Sequence record: OQ939939
DNA from: Escherichia phage SUT_E1620
Strand: one strand, 5' to 3'
Length of the DNA stretch: 64,000 bases
Shown: piece by piece, positions 9,461 through 17,988 of the stretch
Layout of the letters: every line of letters begins with the position of its first letter
Position numbering within the stretch: the stretch's first letter is position 1
Program-made: the position numbers and the translations under genes
The notes under the pieces: model-generated
Told to the model about the DNA's origin: nothing
Seen by the model: the letters and a program-made list of their open reading frames with translations, nothing else
Database searches by the model: none

Positions 9461-9924
9461 CAGCACTGCAAAGATTACAGAATTACTGGTTTGATGGCCA
9501 ATTTAATGATTTATTCATCCAGTTGTTTGTCGAAACGAACGGACGTTTTAATTACCGCTTCTTTAATACTTTCCATGAAACGAAGTTCTCGCATACAGAG
9601 ATTAACGCAGCGATTCAAGATCTCACTGGTTCTAAGGTAATTCCTTATCGTGATGTAGATTTTGCACCTGACTGTTTTGGTTTTGAACTGTTTAAGAAAG
9701 CATATAAGTTCGGTAAGTTCGAAGATGCACGACATTGGGTTCATGACTTCTGGTATAATACCGATATCGTCCCTAGCCGTGTACTGATCCTAAACTGGAT
9801 TGCTAAACAACATCCGCCGAAGGCACAATCGGCATTCCTTCCAACTGATACAGGAAATCTTTACCATGACACAAAAGAAAAATCCAGTGCTAGAGCAGAT
9901 GAAGCAGTTGGAGAAGCAGATTGA
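9457..9924 (+). CDS. hypothetical protein
   Basis: 155 aa; ATGA overlap with the upstream ORF. Confidence 0.35.
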   Translation: MTALQRLQNYWFDGQFNDLFIQLFVETNGRFNYRFFNTFHETKFSHTEINAAIQDLTGSKVIPYRDVDFAPDCFGFELFKKAYKFGKFEDARHWVHDFWYNTDIVPSRVLILNWIAKQHPPKAQSAFLPTDTGNLYHDTKEKSSARADEAVGEAD

Positions 9925-10249
9925 GGAAGGAAGCGTTGATGGACAGTCAATTGTCAATCATGCTTTTGATCTTACAGTAGGATGTGCTAATCCGCTGGTG
10001 GCAGGTGAAACAGCAGATATTCTTGGGCTTTTAATGGCAGTTGGCCAGTTAATCGAGATTACCCAAGAAGAGCTAGACAATGATGAAGAAGTAACTGTTC
10101 ATGATGTTCTTGGTGCTCTAGATCTGATTGTTAATGCCTATGCCTATAAACGCCGCCACTCAATTGATGAATATCTAGTTTCTCGTGAGATTACCGAATC
10201 TCTTCTGGAAACTGCTGATATGGCCTTAAACGGCAAGCAACTTCACTAA
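9866..10249 (+). CDS. hypothetical acidic protein (start uncertain)
   Basis: internal ATG at 9866 with AGGAAA SD; overlaps the 3-prime end of the previous ORF. Confidence 0.25.
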   Translation: MTQKKNPVLEQMKQLEKQIEEGSVDGQSIVNHAFDLTVGCANPLVAGETADILGLLMAVGQLIEITQEELDNDEEVTVHDVLGALDLIVNAYAYKRRHSIDEYLVSREITESLLETADMALNGKQLH

Positions 10250-10269
10250 TCCTAGAGGCCAGGACTTAA

Positions 10270-10812
10270 TTGTTCTGCCCTTTCGTGTATACTATGAGAG
10301 ATAAAATAAACGAATTACTTTATGAGGAAGCATTACAATTCCCCATAAATAGATTCACTAAATCAGATGGATCTATTAATAGAACTAAGCTCAAACAACT
10401 TCATCCAGACTTCCAGCAAGATGCACTTAATCTTATCTTTATCAGGAGAGCTGTAGAAGCACATGGTAAGTTCTTTGGATATGAAAGAGTTAAGTATAGA
10501 ACTATGCAACAGCAGGTTGAGATCTATTGCCCAGATCACGATGGTTATTTCTTGCAAACTGCACGGTCTCACTTAGAAGGACATGGTTGCCGATTATGCG
10601 CTCATAAAGTTGTGACACGCTTAACAGAATATGGAGTGTACACCGTACCAGCACCTTTCCACAAATTTGTAGTTGACGGTGAGCATATAATTTGGTATAA
10701 TAAAGATCAAAAGTTAAAACAGGAGTTAAAGAAAGATGGAGTACGTAGTCTGGTCAAACCCATTAGCTTTACTCTCCCACAAACTGTTCAAGACGACGTG
10801 GGGCAGGAATGA
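10270..10812 (+). CDS. hypothetical Cys/His-rich (zinc-binding?) protein
   Basis: CPDHDG...HLEGHGCRLCAH cluster; TTG start, or alternative ATG at 10294. Confidence 0.35.
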   Translation: MFCPFVYTMRDKINELLYEEALQFPINRFTKSDGSINRTKLKQLHPDFQQDALNLIFIRRAVEAHGKFFGYERVKYRTMQQQVEIYCPDHDGYFLQTARSHLEGHGCRLCAHKVVTRLTEYGVYTVPAPFHKFVVDGEHIIWYNKDQKLKQELKKDGVRSLVKPISFTLPQTVQDDVGQE

Positions 10813-11023
10813 GATAACTGTTAATGAGAATCCACTTAATCATCAACATCCTTTAGTCCCAATTCTCTACAAGATTACTATAAATGGTACAGAATACCTA
10901 TTAGATGATTTCGGTAAAGAGTTTGTACAAAAAGCCATAGACGATAATAACGTTTCTATGGGAGAATTAATTAATAGAGCATCTAATTTTGATAAGAGTT
11001 GGATGTTAATTTGGAGTAACTAA
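10736..11023 (+). CDS. hypothetical protein
   Basis: 95 aa; AGGAG SD; overlaps the upstream ORF in another frame. Confidence 0.25.
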   Translation: MEYVVWSNPLALLSHKLFKTTWGRNEITVNENPLNHQHPLVPILYKITINGTEYLLDDFGKEFVQKAIDDNNVSMGELINRASNFDKSWMLIWSN

Positions 11024-11256
11024 TGGAAATTGTAGCAAGCGTCTTAGTAGTTATGTTATTCATAGTAATACTTGTATCTTTCGTTATTATGCGTAGAGCC
11101 AGAGAATTAGCAGAGGATCTAACAAAGTTACGTGGCGAGGTGGCGACTCTTAAACTACAACGTGAATCTCTCAAGCTATTCGTGGCTCAAGGTAGCCTAG
11201 AGCATGCACCGGAAGACTTCATCGTATATCTTAAACGTTACATGGGAATCAAATAA
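11023..11256 (+). CDS. hypothetical membrane-anchored protein
   Basis: 77 aa; N-terminal TM; TAATG coupling. Confidence 0.3.
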   Translation: MEIVASVLVVMLFIVILVSFVIMRRARELAEDLTKLRGEVATLKLQRESLKLFVAQGSLEHAPEDFIVYLKRYMGIK

Positions 11257-11441
11257 TGGAAACATTACTTCTTATATTACTAGGCGGTTCACTCTTAACC
11301 ATTCTAGGCTTGATAATTGTGTGCAGTCGCCTCAACGTTAAGAATCTAGAATTAAATAGTGAGAATGAGATTCTTAACCGAGAAATTAAACAACATAATA
11401 TCGCAGCTCATAAGCTGTTAGATAAACTGGAGAATAAATAA
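11256..11441 (+). CDS. hypothetical small membrane protein
   Basis: 61 aa; N-terminal TM; coupled. Confidence 0.3.
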   Translation: METLLLILLGGSLLTILGLIIVCSRLNVKNLELNSENEILNREIKQHNIAAHKLLDKLENK

Positions 11442-12052
11442 TGTTTACACAACAAACCATTAAAGTAGTAGCAGATCATGAACTCGACACATGGAATTAC
11501 AGCTTTAAAGATCTGACTGCTACAGTACAGTTTAAATCTATGCAACTGTCGTTTTTGCACACTGATCTTCAAGGTTGCAAGGAATTTCAGGCTAAGCTCA
11601 TGAATGCTCGTGCTATCTTTGGCACGGCTCGCATCCCGGCGGATAATCTGATTAATGCACTGATCGATGCAGGATACAAACTCGTGAAGACTGAAGTGAA
11701 CCGCCCGAGTACTCCAGTGACTATTCGAGATCCGTGGCAGTCGGGACCAATCGCAATGCTGAATAATTCCGATAAAAGATTAATGTCGGATATGCACAAT
11801 GTTCCTTGTGGTGGCGTGGTAAGCAATACGCAATCATATAAATTTGGGGAAGCATCTAGCGTAGACGAGTGGAATAAAGCTGGCGTTGCAATGATGGGCT
11901 TTGCAAAAGATCGCGGAGCACAAGAAGACTCCGGAGTTTCTAGGAACTCATATACTATCCGTTTTAGCAATCCTAGAAAAGAGGGAGAGCTTGAAGAAAT
12001 GTTAACGAAAGTATTCGAAGCTATTGATGCAGATAAAGCTAGAGGTCGTTAA
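11441..12052 (+). CDS. hypothetical protein
   Basis: 203 aa; coupled start. Confidence 0.35.
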   Translation: MFTQQTIKVVADHELDTWNYSFKDLTATVQFKSMQLSFLHTDLQGCKEFQAKLMNARAIFGTARIPADNLINALIDAGYKLVKTEVNRPSTPVTIRDPWQSGPIAMLNNSDKRLMSDMHNVPCGGVVSNTQSYKFGEASSVDEWNKAGVAMMGFAKDRGAQEDSGVSRNSYTIRFSNPRKEGELEEMLTKVFEAIDADKARGR

Positions 12053-12360
12053 TGGATATAATTACTCAGTTTACTGTAGGCCGCTGTAAGGTGGCCACAC
12101 TCAATAAACATACAGTCGGAGTTAGTACATTATCTGAAAACGAATATGAACAAAAAGAAGATATGCAGTATATTCTCTTCATTGGTTCAGATGATATGAA
12201 GTTACTTAAAGACCTAGTATTTAAGTTACCTCCAAATATAAAAATAACACCTAGAAATATATCTCACTTATCTAAGCAGCTAGGGTTTACGTGGATTAAG
12301 TTAGATCCTTCAGTGAAATCAGTAACAAAAACTAAACCAAAACCGGATGATTATATATGA
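12052..12360 (+). CDS. hypothetical protein
   Basis: 102 aa; coupled start. Confidence 0.3.
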   Translation: MDIITQFTVGRCKVATLNKHTVGVSTLSENEYEQKEDMQYILFIGSDDMKLLKDLVFKLPPNIKITPRNISHLSKQLGFTWIKLDPSVKSVTKTKPKPDDYI

Positions 12361-13082
12361 GTATAAAAAAGAATTTAGCAGAGATTATTAAGTTAGCTAG
12401 AGCTTGTAATGGAAAGAATGTTTCCGAACTTAATGAGTTAGAAGCTCATGCAGTAGCATTTTGTGCAGAGTTTTATCCAGCATATATTAATGCTAGTGGG
12501 CAACCTAAATATAATAAAGATGCAGAAGAAGTCACATTAGCTCCTTCATATATTAGTTTACGTCGTCTGATTCAAACTGTTGATCCTACTATTAAAGGAT
12601 TTTCAGCAGATTCATTCCACGTCTTTGCAGATAAAGAACTCCCGCATTTTAAAGAAGGAAATGCAAAGTCATGTTTAGAATGTTATCCTAATATTCTGAT
12701 GATTCCTCAAAAGCAATGTAAATACGATCATCTCCCTAGACTTACAAAGAAAGTAGAACCACCATATTCTTCTCTATCTGAATTAAAGCTAGGAATCGTA
12801 TCTACACTTGCGCAGGTTCATCTAAGTATAGTTGACGAATCAACATCATCTAACCATATTCTAGATGCTGCTCACTTTGAAATCTTACGTGATCCTGAAC
12901 AAGCTAGAAAAGTTGCAAGATCTGTTAAGTTTGATATCGAAACAATTCTTGACACTAAACAAGAAACTAGACCTAGAGGAAGTGTAGATTATTCTGCGCT
13001 AAATTCCGAGTCATCTTACCTAGCAACATTCCTTTTCATGGCATCGAAGGGAGTCATACTCAAAGTCAATCACGATCTATAA
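12357..13082 (+). CDS. hypothetical protein
   Basis: 241 aa; last gene before the repeat-rich region. Confidence 0.35.
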   Translation: MSIKKNLAEIIKLARACNGKNVSELNELEAHAVAFCAEFYPAYINASGQPKYNKDAEEVTLAPSYISLRRLIQTVDPTIKGFSADSFHVFADKELPHFKEGNAKSCLECYPNILMIPQKQCKYDHLPRLTKKVEPPYSSLSELKLGIVSTLAQVHLSIVDESTSSNHILDAAHFEILRDPEQARKVARSVKFDIETILDTKQETRPRGSVDYSALNSESSYLATFLFMASKGVILKVNHDL

Positions 13083-13099
13083 ACGTTAGCAAAATCTTC

Positions 13100-13128
13100 T
13101 TGACATTATTTGAGCTGCATGTTATAAT
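13100..13128 (+). promoter_or_regulatory. consensus sigma70 promoter reading into the repeat region
   Basis: perfect TTGACA, 17-bp spacer, perfect TATAAT. Confidence 0.5.
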
Positions 13129-13162
13129 AATCTCATAGATTAAAAACATCAACTTGTTTTTA

Positions 13163-13292
13163 CCTCTAGGCCGTAGATTTACATCATTCCTCGTAGGAAA
13201 ATACTTGATGACGGTTCTGCTTGCAGGTTCTCGTCAATTGTTCTTCCTCCCCGAGACTCAGGAGGATGTATCAAATCGCACGCGCCTAGAGG
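13163..13292 (+). ncRNA. candidate structured RNA (cloverleaf-like, about 130 nt)
   Basis: 9-bp closing helix CCTCTAGGC/GCCTAGAGG enclosing three local hairpins, just downstream of the consensus promoter; no convincing ORF. Confidence 0.2.
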
Positions 13293-13486
13293 GGCTAACT
13301 CTCATGAAATGGGGGTATATTAACTTTTATTTACCTTATAATATTTAAAGGCAATATTTGTGTTCAAGATGATACACCGGTTGCCGCTCATCTGCTAGGA
13401 CGGCACAACACTTTCTAGTAGACTCCTAAGTTTCTAGGAAAACTCACGCATTCTAGGGCAGTTTCTCTCCAACGTTACATATCCTA

Positions 13487-13526
13487 GGGCGGTTTCCTAT
13501 ACAGGGCGGTTATAGGGAGGGCGGTT
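13487..13526. repeat. three copies of GGGCGGTT spaced 15-17 bp
   Basis: direct reading; embedded in a CTAG-rich stretch. Confidence 0.5.
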
Positions 13527-13571
13527 ATTTCTAGAAGACATTTTTCCAAAACACATTTCTGGAAATTGCTA

Positions 13572-14172
13572 TCGGATTTGCACATTATGTTTCTAGAAAT
13601 TTATGGTCGGATTTGCACAAGTGCCTAAGTTTTTAGGAACACATAATCTCCTGAAAATAGCAGCATTATTTCGGGCCGAAGGCCCATGATTGCCTGAGTT
13701 TTTAGAGCCACAGGAATTTTCACTTGTCAAGCTATTTTGCCTCATTTTGCTAATAAAATTTCGCTTTATCTCCCTTAATCTCAATTCTAGCCAAAACATC
13801 CCGCATTATCCCCAAAAATGCAGCAAACCGGTGCTAAAGCACCATCACCGCTGCTCCTTCCGTAGTTCCTCCCAAAAACCTCGTCAGATTCGCACTTCTC
13901 CCCAAACTCACACAATCACACACCTTCTCATCGAAGTAACAAAAATCTTGTCGGTTTTGCACACCTTAACACTTGTCGGATTTGCACATACTCTAGTAAA
14001 TCCAGCTGGATTGCATCGCAGTTGCGGATTGCTGGAGTTTTTAGGAAAATTCATTGTCGGATTTGCACACTACCAAAAATTTTGGGGTCGGATTTGCACA
14101 CTACCAAAAATTGTCGGATTCGCACATACACGCCCGCACGTAACACCCGTGGAGCAATGTCGGATTTGCACA
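13572..14172. repeat. iteron array: 8 or more copies of 13-bp TCGGATTTGCACA
   Basis: copies at 13572, 13607, 13951 (TCGGTTTTGCACA), 13976, 14057, 14088, 14114 (TCGGATTCGCACA), 14160; two copies share extended context GTCGGATTTGCACACTACCAAAAATT. Confidence 0.8.
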
Positions 14173-14176
14173 AAAG

Positions 14177-14196
14177 CGCAGGGCAATTGCCCTGCG
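14177..14196. repeat. perfect 20-bp palindrome CGCAGGGCAATTGCCCTGCG
   Basis: self-complementary by direct reading; sits between the iteron array and the tandem repeats. Confidence 0.7.
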
Positions 14197-14201
14197 ACTT
14201 T

Positions 14202-14369
14202 GAATGATAATGTTTCTCATTTAAGAAGTGGAATGCGAATGATAATGTTTCTCATTTAAGAAGTGAAATGAGAACTATTCAAAAAGTGAAATGATTCTCA
14301 TTTAAGAAAGGAAATGATTATCAGTTAGACAGTGGAATGCGAATGATAATGATTCTCATTTAAGAATGG
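14202..14369. repeat. four tandem about 35-bp direct repeats (GAATGATAATGTTTCTCATTTAAGAAGTG family)
   Basis: units at about 14202, 14237, 14288 and 14341; related copies near 14700, 18110 and 23770. Confidence 0.7.
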
Positions 14370-14393
14370 AAGTGAGAAACACTGTTATTTAAG

Positions 14394-14502
14394 TTATCCA
14401 CAGACTTATTAACAGCACGATTTGATTTGACAGAATCCTAGCCATTTTGAGGCGTTATTAACAGACTTATCCACAGCTTATCCTACTGTATAAATATACA
14501 GT
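14394..14502. repeat. left arm of about 110-bp imperfect inverted repeat with two DnaA boxes
   Basis: TTATCCACA at 14394 and 14467; palindrome CTGTATAAATATACAG; reverse complement aligns to 17989-18096 at roughly 80 percent identity. Confidence 0.7.
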
Positions 14503-14759
14503 ATTCCTATGTAGTGAATAATTCTAATATAGGCCTAAAACGTCCTGAATCGCATTCTAACGCGTTTAATTTTGATGGAGATACTAAAACAAGGGCAAAA
14601 TTGGAGGAGGCTTAAAAATTAGTTAGCTTGCTAACGATCACACAAGGCGACACGTAACACCTTAATCATTAGCAGGCTAACCATCGCGGGCGCGGTTAAA
14701 TGAGAATCACTCTCATTTGAGAATTGGGGGCACTCCCTGGTAGTTGCGCCCCGTTATTA

Positions 14760-14954
14760 TTAGTCTGGTAGTCGATGCGTGATCTTTTCCTCCTCCCCGT
14801 AGGAATCCACCAAATGCTGATAATAACCATCGGCATCATAAATAACGCTATCATATTCGCCACGCTCGACCGCTTGCCGATTCTCCGGCGTATCGGGCAC
14901 GTAAAAAACATCAACCATTGTACTGATTTTGGTTACAACAATTTTATTGCTCAT
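14760..14954 (-). CDS. hypothetical acidic protein (cassette gene)
   Basis: ATG at 14954 with AGGGG SD (the track ORF extends to a TTG at 14984); last gene of the minus-strand operon. Confidence 0.35.
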   Translation of the reverse strand: MSNKIVVTKISTMVDVFYVPDTPENRQAVERGEYDSVIYDADGYYQHLVDSYGEEEKITHRLPD

Positions 14955-15054
14955 AATAACCCCTAGTAAATATATTTTTGCCAATAGTGGCGAACGTTAT
15001 CGCCACCAGCGGAATCATTTGCAGCCTCAACATTACCCGCGAAAATATATAATC

Positions 15055-15399
15055 TCATTGCGCCACCTTTCGAAACGCTGTTTCAATACTATCCGCAGTG
15101 GATTGAATATACGCGCCTTTCATTATCAGGCGCTCGGTGCATATCTTGCGAAAAATATTAATAAAATCATCTTCATTTTCTGCAATTAATGCTTCACCCA
15201 TAACCTGAACGTCACAAGATGCAAAGGTCAAAAATTGAAACGCTAGTTCACGGGCAACGACCGCATTGATTTTATAATGCGCCTTGCCCTCATAAATATT
15301 AATAACGCCCTTATAAGCTGGTGAAAGCTGATTCAAATAGTTTGCTAGTAATGCCGGACGGCAATTAGCAACAAAACGATTGCCTTCATAAATAACCAT
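15055..15399 (-). CDS. hypothetical protein (cassette gene)
   Basis: ATG at 15399 lies 1 nt after the upstream stop (the track ORF extends to a TTG at 15438). Confidence 0.4.
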   Translation of the reverse strand: MVIYEGNRFVANCRPALLANYLNQLSPAYKGVINIYEGKAHYKINAVVARELAFQFLTFASCDVQVMGEALIAENEDDFINIFRKICTERLIMKGAYIQSTADSIETAFRKVAQ

Positions 15400-15400
15400 T

Positions 15401-15613
15401 TTATAACACCCCACGAAACGCAGCGTAAAAGGTGGCAAAGTGTTTAACCGTTTCAGCGATCACGTTGCCGCGCTTGTCGAATTTTTTCTCAGTAACACGG
15501 AAGGCGTTTTTATTTCGCGCTACATATTCAATTTTACAATCTTCCCGCTCGAACGTGTTAACGTCCACCAGCTTAAAGCCTTTTGAACGTGCAAGGGAAA
15601 CGTTACGAATCAT
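15401..15613 (-). CDS. hypothetical basic protein (cassette gene)
   Basis: 70 aa; SD AAGGAG; tightly packed. Confidence 0.4.
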   Translation of the reverse strand: MIRNVSLARSKGFKLVDVNTFEREDCKIEYVARNKNAFRVTEKKFDKRGNVIAETVKHFATFYAAFRGVL

Positions 15614-15615
15614 TT

Positions 15616-15765
15616 TTATTCTCCTTTACTAGTCATGCAGCCCAGCAGATAAGAAAATACAGCGATACCCGCACCAATAATAACCGCGTGAACGTCGAAA
15701 GCTATTGCAAACAAAGATAAAATAGCGCCCAAGATACCCGCCAGAATAGCTCGAAAAATAACCAT
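15616..15765 (-). CDS. small hydrophobic membrane peptide (about 49 aa)
   Basis: hand-translated MVIFRAILAGILGAILSLFAIAFDVHAVIIGAGIAVFSYLLGCMTSKGE; SD AGGAGG; not in the ORF track because it is under 60 aa. Confidence 0.35.
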   Translation of the reverse strand: MVIFRAILAGILGAILSLFAIAFDVHAVIIGAGIAVFSYLLGCMTSKGE

Positions 15766-15814
15766 TTGTGATAGCCTCCTAGTTATCGGGGGATATAATA
15801 TCCCCCGTTACTAA

Positions 15815-16045
15815 TTACATTAAAACAATTTTTGCAGCTTGTTTTTTGGTGCAATGTTCCGCCTTCAGGGTATCCAGCAAAAAGCCAGCCGTTTGCTGAT
15901 CGATTTTATCGGCGTTATATAGTTCCTGAATGGTATTATAGGTTTTAGCAATACCGAACTCCTGCACCATTTCATAGATGACAGCACGATTAGACACCCA
16001 GCCTTGAGCGGTGAACAGATGACTAGCAGAAGAATAAGCAACCAT
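15815..16045 (-). CDS. hypothetical protein (cassette gene)
   Basis: ATG at 16045 preceded by GGAGG (the track ORF extends to a TTG at 16078). Confidence 0.4.
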   Translation of the reverse strand: MVAYSSASHLFTAQGWVSNRAVIYEMVQEFGIAKTYNTIQELYNADKIDQQTAGFLLDTLKAEHCTKKQAAKIVLM

Positions 16046-16108
16046 TTTAAGCCTCCAAATTTTTGGGAAAATTTTCAACCGTCCTTAAACGGTGTAAAGG
16101 CATTATAA

Positions 16109-16138
16109 CAAAAAAGGCCACCAATTATGGCGACCTTT
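16109..16138 (-). terminator. possible rho-independent terminator (minus strand)
   Basis: imperfect hairpin AAAGGTCGCC...GGTGGCCTTT followed by U-run in the minus-strand transcript, between the 164-aa gene and the downstream genes. Confidence 0.3.
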
Positions 16139-16151
16139 ACAAAACTTTACA

Positions 16152-16646
16152 TTAAACTACTTGTAATGTTTCAATATTGAAACATCGTTTCAATTCGTCA
16201 TGCAAAACAGCGTATTCATCCCATCGGGTACTATCAGGGATATAAACAAGCTGTTTTAGTCGGTTTGCGTATATTACCGCTTTGTTACCAACTATCTCGA
16301 CGCCGCCATATTTAATAATTAATTTCATGACGGAATTAATAGGATCGCCGCCGTTTACATATGTGCCGGATTTACTTAATTGATAATGATAAAGGCTTGC
16401 ATATACATTATCATTCTCATACCATTCGCCAGTATCCTCGTCTTCATAGCCATCGCTACCAAAACGAGAAGCATTATCAATAGCCATTTCATGAGCGAAA
16501 GCGTCCAGATCCGTACCAGCAGGAACAAAGTATTCCTCGGTATTCCCCTCGCCGCAATAGCCAGTATGGCAATCGACTAAAATGATCATATCATGTTTAG
16601 CCGTGCTCACTTCCCCTAGCGAGAAGCCGTATTTTTCCTCAGCCAT
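16152..16646 (-). CDS. highly acidic protein of unknown function
   Basis: 164 aa; about 28 Asp/Glu against 12 Lys/Arg, concentrated in the N-terminal 80 residues; SD AGGAGG. Confidence 0.5.
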   Translation of the reverse strand: MAEEKYGFSLGEVSTAKHDMIILVDCHTGYCGEGNTEEYFVPAGTDLDAFAHEMAIDNASRFGSDGYEDEDTGEWYENDNVYASLYHYQLSKSGTYVNGGDPINSVMKLIIKYGGVEIVGNKAVIYANRLKQLVYIPDSTRWDEYAVLHDELKRCFNIETLQVV

Positions 16647-16711
16647 TAGTTAGCCTCCTATTAATTAACAAGGGAATAGTAAAGCGGGGTAACAATCCCC
16701 GCTTAATATTA

Positions 16712-17722
16712 TTACTCGCTTTCGGTGTTAGTGGTAAAAGTAGAAATATCGATACCTTTTACCATTTCATCAATCATTTCAGCGATGTTAAAACTTTGCA
16801 CCATTTCCAGCATTGCCGCTTCCATAGCCGCCCCTGCTACCGCTTTCGCCTTTTGGTTATTTGGGGCGTACTGGTCAACCGCTACACTCAGCAGGTTAGC
16901 AATCACTACTCGACCAATAGGCGTATCGATATAACCTTTGATCATGAATGGTGCTTTTTTAGCCGCTACTTTCGTAATTTGAGTTAATGCAATTTTACCC
17001 GCTTCCAGTTTTGCAGCATTTACAACAGCGGATTTATTGGCGGCAACGATATTGGCGATCTTGGTCATGGTATTTTTTCCTTTGTTTTCAGTGATTTGAG
17101 TATTAACGCTTTGAGTGTTAGAATTTACAGCATGTTTTTCCGTGCTGTCAATGATCTGATTCTCATCTTTCCAGAAAATAAAACCCGCTTCATGTACTAG
17201 TTCATTATATATATACGGGTATAATTTCGATGGTAATAAAAAATTACCGTCGCCATCAAAAGCCATTACCGCCGTATATTGAGATCCATCACTATCAGGC
17301 CTATGCCATCCAGCAGATAAATACTTCCAGATAACATCTAAAAACCCCTCAAGGCTAGAAAGTCCGTTTATTAAATCAAGCCCAATAAGCTCAAAATTAT
17401 TTATATTAAATGATTGACGGCCTGAATTGCTATGATACGCAACAATATTATTACCCTGCGCAATAATAAAATCGGTATCCGGCCCCGCTCCCTTGCCTGT
17501 AAAGATATGGCAATCACGATTATATAAGATAATCGTTGCCCCCTGCTTATATAAGGGTAGAAAACTATCCATATCATAGGCATCATAATCATCAAAAAAG
17601 TTTTGGTGAATAGTTTCAGCCTTGTTAATAAAATGTTTAATGCTGGTTGTTCTGCTACCATCCAGCAGGTTACGCAGCGCACCTTTTAAGACGGTTGCGT
17701 TATCTGGTTTATATAGCCTCAT
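16712..17722 (-). CDS. two-domain protein of unknown function
   Basis: 336 aa; SD GGGAGG; N-terminal about 190-aa domain, polar linker, Ala/Val-rich amphipathic C-terminal domain. Confidence 0.5.
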   Translation of the reverse strand: MRLYKPDNATVLKGALRNLLDGSRTTSIKHFINKAETIHQNFFDDYDAYDMDSFLPLYKQGATIILYNRDCHIFTGKGAGPDTDFIIAQGNNIVAYHSNSGRQSFNINNFELIGLDLINGLSSLEGFLDVIWKYLSAGWHRPDSDGSQYTAVMAFDGDGNFLLPSKLYPYIYNELVHEAGFIFWKDENQIIDSTEKHAVNSNTQSVNTQITENKGKNTMTKIANIVAANKSAVVNAAKLEAGKIALTQITKVAAKKAPFMIKGYIDTPIGRVVIANLLSVAVDQYAPNNQKAKAVAGAAMEAAMLEMVQSFNIAEMIDEMVKGIDISTFTTNTESE

Positions 17723-17988
17723 TTGTTGGCCTCCCTCGTTAATCGGTGAGTGAATGATAAAGGCAATTTTCTAGCATAGGCAAATATTATTTTACCTTTT
17801 TATTTTCCTTGCCTAGCGCCTAGTTTTATGCTAACCGCGCAGCGGTACAGTAAAGAGCAAAACACGGTGAAGCCACCAGGGCGACGGGTGAAGGCTTTAC
17901 TTTAATATTACCCCACCGCATTTAGCTCGTTAGAAAGCGTTTTAGGCCGCTTAAAATTGATTGCAGTTGTTAACACTACCCATTTACC

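Noticed and set aside
13690-14259. 189-aa plus-strand ORF
   Set aside because: Runs through the iteron array; the repeated peptide segments (VGFAH, ICTLPKI) simply mirror the DNA repeats and there is no SD.
14202-14369. Possible CRISPR array
   Set aside because: The repeat units are imperfect, the intervening segments are far too short (6-20 bp) to be spacers, and there are no cas genes; these are tandem direct repeats.
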